Shown here: in pieces, positions 58,335 through 64,000 of the stretch | Layout of the letters: every line of letters begins with the position of its first letter | Position numbering within the stretch: position 1 is the stretch's first letter | From: Minisyncoccota bacterium | Lineage (GTDB): Bacteria; Patescibacteriota; Minisyncoccia; Phycocordibacterales; UBA1006 | Reading direction: 5' to 3' | Assembly: GCA_036405175.1 (NCBI GenBank) | Contig: DASWYC010000002.1 | Span: 467,714 to 531,713, forward strand | DNA length: 64,000 bases | Made by a program: the position numbers and the translations under genes | The notes under the pieces: model-generated | Seen by the model: the letters and a program-made list of their open reading frames with translations, nothing else | Database searches by the model: none | Told to the model about the DNA's origin: nothing

Positions 58335-58670
58335 TTGGTATGAATACACCGATAAGCCGAATTCTGTAGTTTGTGTACATGTATCTGGGAGCTGTGTTAC
58401 CACAACCCTCAAGCGGCACTCCGTATTGCTACGGCACGGCCTTGCATGTGCGTATGAATTTTGCCGTTTCACCTTGTATGTTGCCATACAAGCTCACCCA
58501 CAAGGGGTGCCCGTTGATTGCTCTTGGGGCGTCTCTGCTCGCATCACTCATGAGTCATAGCTCATGGATGGGTATTACCCACTACGGTCCTCATGCATTA
58601 CTGCATGACATGTTCGGACTTTCCTCTCCTTGCGGAGCGTACACATGGTGTGGTAGTAGTATAGAGAATT
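58335..58670 (-). ncRNA. rnpB: RNase P RNA (bacterial type A-like); ends approximate
   Basis: Minus-strand reading contains GAGAGGAAAGTCCGAAC (P4 5' strand, compare GGAAAGUCCGGGC), AAGGTGAAACGG (compare AAGGGUGAAA.GGUG) and ACAGAATTCGGCTTATCGG (P4 3' strand, compare ACAGAACCCGGCUUAUCGG). GC-rich relative to flanks. Confidence 0.75.
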
Positions 58671-58699
58671 ACCATGAAAAAACAAGGTGTAAAGATAGA

Positions 58700-58728
58700 G
58701 CCCGATCAGCTTCGCTGATCGGGCTCAT
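58700..58728. terminator. hairpin terminator
   Basis: GAGCCCGATCAGC-TTCG-GCTGATCGGGCTC perfect 13-bp stem downstream of the DUF192 gene and upstream of rnpB. Confidence 0.75.
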
Positions 58729-58739
58729 TTTGTGTAAGT

Positions 58740-59168
58740 TTATTTCTGAATTGGTATCTCGCCGAGATTAGTTTCCAATACGTACTTAGCCGGAACTGGT
58801 GAAGAGAATACTTTTGGATATGAATCTGCAGGTACCGATGATGCACGGAATACCTCATGTAAATTCTCATCAATCCAAATAATATCAATTGGATACTTCA
58901 TATCTTTCATCCAAAACCCATACTGACCAACTTCCTTGAATTCAAACAACATCCCCTTTCCTGCTGCCAAACTTGGCGTATTTGAAAGTCCTTGTTCGCG
59001 TAAGGCTTCCGTATTTGCTACGCATACGTGAATACTCTTTTGATGTAAAGTAAATTCTTGAGCACAGGCATCATCCCATCGAGGCTCTCTATGCTTAATA
59101 TGTGGTATTGCAAATACAACTGCAATCCCGGCAACAATAACGAGCCCGAACCACCAAAATTTTTTCAT
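58740..59168 (-). CDS. DUF192-like (COG1430) domain protein with N-terminal TM
   Basis: GKGMLFEF...FWMKDMKYPIDIIWIDEN...KYVLETNLG matches the DUF192 consensus; start set to the internal Met. Confidence 0.55.
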   Translation of the reverse strand: MKKFWWFGLVIVAGIAVVFAIPHIKHREPRWDDACAQEFTLHQKSIHVCVANTEALREQGLSNTPSLAAGKGMLFEFKEVGQYGFWMKDMKYPIDIIWIDENLHEVFRASSVPADSYPKVFSSPVPAKYVLETNLGEIPIQK

Positions 59169-59169
59169 A

Positions 59170-59586
59170 CTACTGAGCACTCGCAGGAGCTTGTTGAGCT
59201 GATTTAACAATGTTGAGCTTAAGCAAAACAAGTTCAAGTACTTTTTTAAGTTCCATATCTGCTTTAATTAAATAATCCTGAGCCTTAAGATCCATGGCTC
59301 CCGCAATATTTTGAGCATCTCCAATATTGGTTAAAAATACCGCCGGTACGTTCTTGCCCCAATCACCTCCTTGTTCTCGAATTTCCTTAAGTGCCTGAAG
59401 TCCATCCTTTTGTGGCATCTGTACATCCAATAACAAAATATGCGGCTTTTCTGCGAGCCCTTTTGCCACCACTTCTTCACCATTCACACACTCAACAACA
59501 GAAAATCCCTCAGATGTAAAAAGATTTGAGAGCGTTCCGAGTAGCGTTCGCTCATCATCAGCAATAAGTACCGTATATTGATTCAT
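59170..59586 (-). CDS. stand-alone response regulator receiver domain protein
   Basis: VLIADDE...LLLDVQMPQKDGL...K receiver motifs (phospho-acceptor Asp within LLLDVQMP); no output domain. Confidence 0.8.
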   Translation of the reverse strand: MNQYTVLIADDERTLLGTLSNLFTSEGFSVVECVNGEEVVAKGLAEKPHILLLDVQMPQKDGLQALKEIREQGGDWGKNVPAVFLTNIGDAQNIAGAMDLKAQDYLIKADMELKKVLELVLLKLNIVKSAQQAPASAQ

Positions 59587-59796
59587 AGTAAATATAGTAT
59601 ATACTAGTGTTACGCTTTTTTAAATAAGCTCAATATCTTAATTACAAAATTTCATTTTAAAACTTTTATCCAAAGCCAGTAAAGGATTAAGATGAGTACA
59701 TGTAAAAAACACCAGTGAGTAAGGTATTGAAGGGCAAGAGAACAAATGTTTTCTTGTCCATTTTTTAATACAAATTTTAATACAAAAATTGAAAAC

Positions 59797-59833
59797 AGCC
59801 GGACGATCGAAGATCGTCCGGCTGTTTTACGTT
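59797..59833. terminator. bidirectional hairpin terminator after rplB
   Basis: AAAACAGCCGGACGATC-GAA-GATCGTCCGGCTGTTTT perfect 17-bp stem. Confidence 0.8.
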
Positions 59834-59855
59834 CTTGAGTCTTACCTCACCTAAA

Positions 59856-60737
59856 TTATTTAGGTGTATTGCGCTTGGTCTTGCGGCGAGATACCACAAG
59901 GTTGCGTGAATACTTACGAGGGTTACGGGTTTTAACTCCGTAGGCTTGTTTTCCATAGCGGGTCTTTGGACCTTTACGGAGACCAATACCTTGTTTCTGT
60001 TCTCCTCCTCCGTGTGGGTGATCAACTGGGTTCATAGCAGTACCACGAACAGCTGGTCGAATTCCACGCCAACGACTACGTCCTGCTTTTCCTTTAGAAG
60101 CAAGTCCGTGATCAGTGTTTGAAGCTTCTCCGATAGTTGCAAAACAAATATCAGGAACCTTGCGCACTTCACCAGAAGGCATTTTAAGAAGAGTTGATCC
60201 TGCGTCATGCGCAGCAACAGATACTGATGAACCTGCAGAACGAGCAAGCTTTGCTCCTCCTCCAGCTTTCAATTCAATATTATTTACCAACATACCAACA
60301 GGAATGTATTTCAACATCATGCGGTTTCCAGTGGTAAGCGGAGCTTCATCAGCAATGATGAAGGTTGATCCAACAGTCATCCCCTTTGAAAGGACAACAT
60401 AGCGGCGCTCTCCATCTTTAAAGAGGGCGAGTCCAATATATGCTGAACGGTTTGGATCGTATTCCACGGTTTCAATACGCGCAGGAATATTCTTTTTATC
60501 CAAAAGAAAATCAACTACGCGGTACAAACGCTTGTTTCCTCCTCCTTTGTGTGGAGCAGTGATGCGTCCGTGGTGGTTGCGTCCCATGTGACGCTTGCGT
60601 CCGAAGGTCAATTTCTTGAACGGTTCAGATGCAGTAACAACATCCTTGTGCTTCACCAATCTGGTGTGACGCAACGAAGGTGTTGCTGGTTTAAATTGTT
60701 TAATTGCCATAGTGTATTGTGTCGCTATCGGTGACAC
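59856..60737 (-). CDS. rplB: 50S ribosomal protein L2
   Basis: Full-length uL2 with the conserved GGGKRLYRV... core and C-terminal basic tail. Confidence 0.95.
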   Translation of the reverse strand: MSPIATQYTMAIKQFKPATPSLRHTRLVKHKDVVTASEPFKKLTFGRKRHMGRNHHGRITAPHKGGGNKRLYRVVDFLLDKKNIPARIETVEYDPNRSAYIGLALFKDGERRYVVLSKGMTVGSTFIIADEAPLTTGNRMMLKYIPVGMLVNNIELKAGGGAKLARSAGSSVSVAAHDAGSTLLKMPSGEVRKVPDICFATIGEASNTDHGLASKGKAGRSRWRGIRPAVRGTAMNPVDHPHGGGEQKQGIGLRKGPKTRYGKQAYGVKTRNPRKYSRNLVVSRRKTKRNTPK

Positions 60738-60758
60738 GCCATAATCTTATTTCTATAA

Positions 60759-61097
60759 TTAGAACTCAATAGTATCTCCTTTTTTAAGGGTTACATACGC
60801 TTTTTTAGGAGTCTTAACGATTCCTACCTTGTTGCGAATGATGCGCTGTTCACGCTGATCGCTGACAAGATTTACTTTTGCAGGACGTACTCCATAGAGT
60901 GCTTCAACTGCAAGACGTACTTGAGTTCTATTAGCTCCGTGCGCAATATCAAAAACGTAAACGTTATTGCTATTGAGCTGTGCAGCTTTTTCAGTAATTC
61001 GAGGATTTTTAATGATTGAAGCAACTGAAGCTTTAACAGCATCTGAAAGCTTAGAATCAGTCTTTACAACTTTTTTTGCTCTAGGCATATTATTCAC
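60759..61097 (-). CDS. rplW: 50S ribosomal protein L23
   Basis: uL23 core ...YVFDIAHGANRTQVRLAVEALYGVRPAKVN... Confidence 0.9.
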   Translation of the reverse strand: MNNMPRAKKVVKTDSKLSDAVKASVASIIKNPRITEKAAQLNSNNVYVFDIAHGANRTQVRLAVEALYGVRPAKVNLVSDQREQRIIRNKVGIVKTPKKAYVTLKKGDTIEF

Positions 61098-61791
61098 TTA
61101 CTTTTTTAGTCATTAAATTATTCCATCGACCAAGCATAATATCTTGTACTGAATCTGCATCTGCAACTACTACGTAGCGAGCTTTTGCAATATCATACGC
61201 AGACACGTTTCGTGCTGTTGTGATCTTTGCATACGGAAGGTTTTTAAATCCTTGAAGAATTGCTTTGGTTGCAGCTGGTACAATCACGAGCATGTTGTTT
61301 ATGTTCTTTTTTGTATCAAGTGTTCCAAATCCTTCAACGGTTTTCCATCCTCCAACAATCGTTTCACCTTCTTTGGTCTTTCCTTCTACTTTTTCAAGTG
61401 ATTCGGTAAAGAGTACGTTTCCGGTGCGATTCTTTTCTGAAAGGAGTGACACGAGTGCGCCGAGTCTCATCTTAGAGTTAATCTTTTGTGAGTAATCTTT
61501 TTCACTGCGTGGTCCGTGCGTGGTTCCTCCACCTACCCAGATTGGTGATCGGGTTGATGCATGACGAGCACGTCCGGTTCCCTTTTGCTTCCAAGGCTTC
61601 TTTCCTCCTCCAGCAACTTCTCCTCGGTCTTTAGTGTGAGCCGTTCCTGATCGCATATTTGCCATCATTGAGGTCACTACTTGGTGAACAAGGTCTTGCT
61701 TGAATGGGTTACCAAAAACTTCAGGAGCAAGATCGATAGCTTTTACTTTCTTACCCGCAAGCGAGTAGAGTGTAGATGTAAGTTTTTCCAT
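61090..61791 (-). CDS. rplD: 50S ribosomal protein L4
   Basis: uL4 length and KQKGTGRARHASTRSPIWVGGG motif. Confidence 0.9.
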   Translation of the reverse strand: MEKLTSTLYSLAGKKVKAIDLAPEVFGNPFKQDLVHQVVTSMMANMRSGTAHTKDRGEVAGGGKKPWKQKGTGRARHASTRSPIWVGGGTTHGPRSEKDYSQKINSKMRLGALVSLLSEKNRTGNVLFTESLEKVEGKTKEGETIVGGWKTVEGFGTLDTKKNINNMLVIVPAATKAILQGFKNLPYAKITTARNVSAYDIAKARYVVVADADSVQDIMLGRWNNLMTKKVSE

Positions 61792-61792
61792 A

Positions 61793-62398
61793 TTACTTTA
61801 CTGAGTTAATAGTAACGAGTGAGCCCGGACGACCAGGGAGAGCTCCTTTAATGTACATAAGATTTTGCTCTTTATTAATGAGCAAAACCTGGAGATTTTT
61901 TACGGTGATAGTATCTCCTCCCATACGGCCTCCCATACGTGTTCCTTTGAACACACGTTGAACACCACCAATACCAATAGAACCTGGCTCTCGTTCTGAG
62001 TGCTTTTGTCCATGACTACGGCGGCCTCCTTTAAAGCCGTGACGCTTCACAACTCCTTGGAATCCTTTTCCTTTTGAAGTTCCTGAAGCAATAACTTTAG
62101 CTCCTTCAACCATATCAAGTTCAAGAACTGATCCAATTGGAGAAAGTGCATCAACTTCTAATTCACTGATGTGTCTAAAGTTTCCAAGGCCATTGAATTG
62201 ACCTTTTTGTGCATTGTTAATGTTTTTTTCTTGTTTGGTTCCATACCCAACAATGAGGGCTTGGTAACCATCTTTTTCAACAGTGCGATGACCAATAACG
62301 GTAAGGGGCATAATTTCTACCATCGTTGCTGGAGAAACTTTTCCGTCAGTACCGAACACTTGTGTCATCCCACGTTTTGAACCGATTACGGTATTCAT
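61793..62398 (-). CDS. rplC: 50S ribosomal protein L3
   Basis: uL3: GTSKGKGFQGVVKRHGFKGG... motif. Confidence 0.95.
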   Translation of the reverse strand: MNTVIGSKRGMTQVFGTDGKVSPATMVEIMPLTVIGHRTVEKDGYQALIVGYGTKQEKNINNAQKGQFNGLGNFRHISELEVDALSPIGSVLELDMVEGAKVIASGTSKGKGFQGVVKRHGFKGGRRSHGQKHSEREPGSIGIGGVQRVFKGTRMGGRMGGDTITVKNLQVLLINKEQNLMYIKGALPGRPGSLVTINSVK

Positions 62399-62467
62399 AT
62401 ATGTAGAGGTTCCCTCTTACCCATTTCTAAGCAAGAGGGAACGTGCGATGTTTTAGTTTGTAATTAC

Positions 62468-62815
62468 TTACACGGTCTTAACTTTCACATCAACTCCTGA
62501 TGGAAGATTAAGGTTCGTGAGAGCCTCAATGAGTTTTGGTGAGGGGTTGATAATATCAATGAGGCGTTTGTGTACACGGATTTCAAACTGTTCGCGTGCG
62601 TCCTTGTGAACGAAGGTTGAACGGTTTACGGTGTACTTTCTAATTTCGTTAGGAAGTGGAACAGGACCCTTAACAATTCCCTCATGCTTGAATGCAGTAT
62701 CAATGATTTGTTTCACTGATGTGTCCAAGAGTCGGTTTTCATATGCACGAATGTGAATACGAAGTTTGATAGCATCTTCTGCTCCAGCCGCCTTTTTAGC
62801 TTTTGCTGTTGCCAT
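62468..62815 (-). CDS. rpsJ: 30S ribosomal protein S10 (with Lys/Ala-rich N-terminal extension)
   Basis: uS10 core IRIHIRAYENRLLDTS...GPVPLP preceded by MATAKAKKAAGAEDA. Confidence 0.9.
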   Translation of the reverse strand: MATAKAKKAAGAEDAIKLRIHIRAYENRLLDTSVKQIIDTAFKHEGIVKGPVPLPNEIRKYTVNRSTFVHKDAREQFEIRVHKRLIDIINPSPKLIEALTNLNLPSGVDVKVKTV

Positions 62816-62857
62816 ATCTTAGTACGCCTTTATGAGACGGGGCAAAGCCCCGTACCA

Positions 62858-64000
62858 CTAAGCGTTAATCTTGGTAACAACTCCTGCTCCTACGGTTCGT
62901 CCTCCCTCACGGATGGTGAATCGCTGTTGTTCTTCAACAACTACCGGCGCAACGAGTTCAACATTGAACTTAACAGTGTCTCCAGGCATAACCATTTCAA
63001 CACCTGCTGGAAGAGTTACAGATCCAGTTACGTCAGTTGTACGGATGTAGAACTGAGGCTTGTAACCTGCGAAGAATGGAGTGTGACGTCCACCTTCTTC
63101 CTTCTTAAGAATATATACTTCACATTCAAAATTGGTGTGAGGCTTTACAGTCTTAGGAGCTGCAAGTACCTGTCCACGATGAATGTCTTCCTTCTTAACT
63201 CCACGAAGAAGAATTCCTGCGTTGTCTCCTGCCATTCCTTGTTCGAGTGACTTGTTGAACATTTCAACTCCAGTAACGGTAGTTGATGCAGTATCTTTAA
63301 GTCCTACGATTTCGATGGTTTCTCCAACTTTAACAATTCCACGTTCGATCTTTCCGGTTACCACGGTTCCACGTCCTTCAATTGAGAAGATGTCTTCTAC
63401 TGGCATGAGGAATGGCTTTTCGGTATCGCGCTCTGGAAGTGGGAAGTATTCATCAGCAGTATCAATCAATTTCTTGATCTTTTGTGCCCATGGATCTTCA
63501 GCTGAAGTTGATTCAAGCGCCTTAAGCCCTGATCCGATCACGAAAGGAGTTTCCTTTCCATCAAATCCGTACTTGGTGAGGAGCTCGCGGATTTCCTCTA
63601 CAACGAGTTCAATCATTTCAGGATCATCAACCATGTCTTCCTTGTTAATAAATACCATGAGTTTTGGAATTCCCACCTGACGAGCAAGAAGAACGTGTTC
63701 GCGAGTTTGTGGCATCATTCCGTCGGTAGCTGCAACAACGAGGATTGCTCCGTCCATCTGCGCTGCTCCGGTAATCATGTTTTTAATGTAGTCCTGGTGA
63801 CCTGGTGCATCTACGTGTGCGTAGTGGCGATTAGGAGTCCAGTACTCAGAGTGGTGAAGAGAAATGGTAATTCCACGCTCCTTTTCCTCTGGTGCATTGT
63901 CGATGTTATCTACGTTTTCTACGCGAGCCCCGTACCCGTTTCCGAGCATATTAAGCACGTGAAGAATAGACGCAGTAGTGGTAGTTTTTCCATGGTCAAC
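62858..64000 (-). CDS. tuf: elongation factor Tu (N-terminus beyond right window edge)
   Basis: [11 protein letters not shown]1 motif at the window edge; [16 protein letters not shown], domains II/III. Ends ...VTKINA. Confidence 0.9.
   Translation of the reverse strand, partial: VDHGKTTTTASILHVLNMLGNGYGARVENVDNIDNAPEEKERGITISLHHSEYWTPNRHYAHVDAPGHQDYIKNMITGAAQMDGAILVVAATDGMMPQTREHVLLARQVGIPKLMVFINKEDMVDDPEMIELVVEEIRELLTKYGFDGKETPFVIGSGLKALESTSAEDPWAQKIKKLIDTADEYFPLPERDTEKPFLMPVEDIFSIEGRGTVVTGKIERGIVKVGETIEIVGLKDTASTTVTGVEMFNKSLEQGMAGDNAGILLRGVKKEDIHRGQVLAAPKTVKPHTNFECEVYILKKEEGGRHTPFFAGYKPQFYIRTTDVTGSVTLPAGVEMVMPGDTVKFNVELVAPVVVEEQQRFTIREGGRTVGAGVVTKINA

Noticed and set aside
58373-58771. 132-aa plus-strand ORF (Cys/His-rich) in a GC-rich patch
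   Set aside because: The region is RNase P RNA on the opposite strand (conserved P4 halves present). The ORF is an antisense artefact of the structured-RNA base composition.
1-64000. Alternative genetic code (UGA recoding as in some Patescibacteria lineages)
   Set aside because: All conserved genes (recG, ftsH, secA, fusA, tuf) are full length in standard-code ORFs with no in-frame TGA required.
1-64000. CRISPR arrays, IS elements or integrases
   Set aside because: No regularly spaced direct repeats, no DDE/tyrosine-recombinase-like ORFs and no terminal inverted repeats noticed. The only exact long repeat is the 94-bp pilin segment.

Overview
This window looks like a low-GC (about 40%), small-genome bacterium with a Candidate Phyla Radiation / Patescibacteria-like (possibly Saccharibacteria-like) gene repertoire, read under the standard genetic code. 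Most of it is core housekeeping: recG, SulP permease, ftsH, scpA/scpB, exoX-like exonuclease, rmuC, ung, secA, ksgA/rsmA, fusA-rpsG-rpsL, a bcp peroxiredoxin, lepB, def-fmt, a MacAB-like efflux operon, a histidine kinase with a periplasmic binding protein, and a tuf-rpsJ-rplC-rplD-rplW-rplB cluster that runs off the right edge. Three tRNAs are present: Ile with an unusual UAU anticodon, Glu(CUC) and Asp(GUC). An RNase P RNA (rnpB) lies antisense to a predicted ORF. The most striking accessory block is a minus-strand cluster (about 45.4-58.3 kb): a leaderless 1776-aa giant protein of unknown function, an acidic small protein, eight type IV pilin/pseudopilin genes (two share a 94-bp perfect repeat; one is a 686-aa pilin-anchored adhesin with delta-60-like repeats), and the prepilin peptidase pilD. 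Other notable items: a PARP-like H-Y-E ADP-ribosyltransferase candidate 6 nt downstream of tRNA-Ile; an ATP-cone/Mrr-like nuclease heading the efflux operon; an orphan MazF-like toxin; Bcp fused to a histone-H1-like Lys/Ala/Pro tail; and a genome-wide leaderless promoter architecture (-10 box 5-8 nt before ATG). There is also an unassigned structured element upstream of def, and an rplB-terminated S10 operon separated from the str operon. No CRISPR array or obvious transposase was seen.
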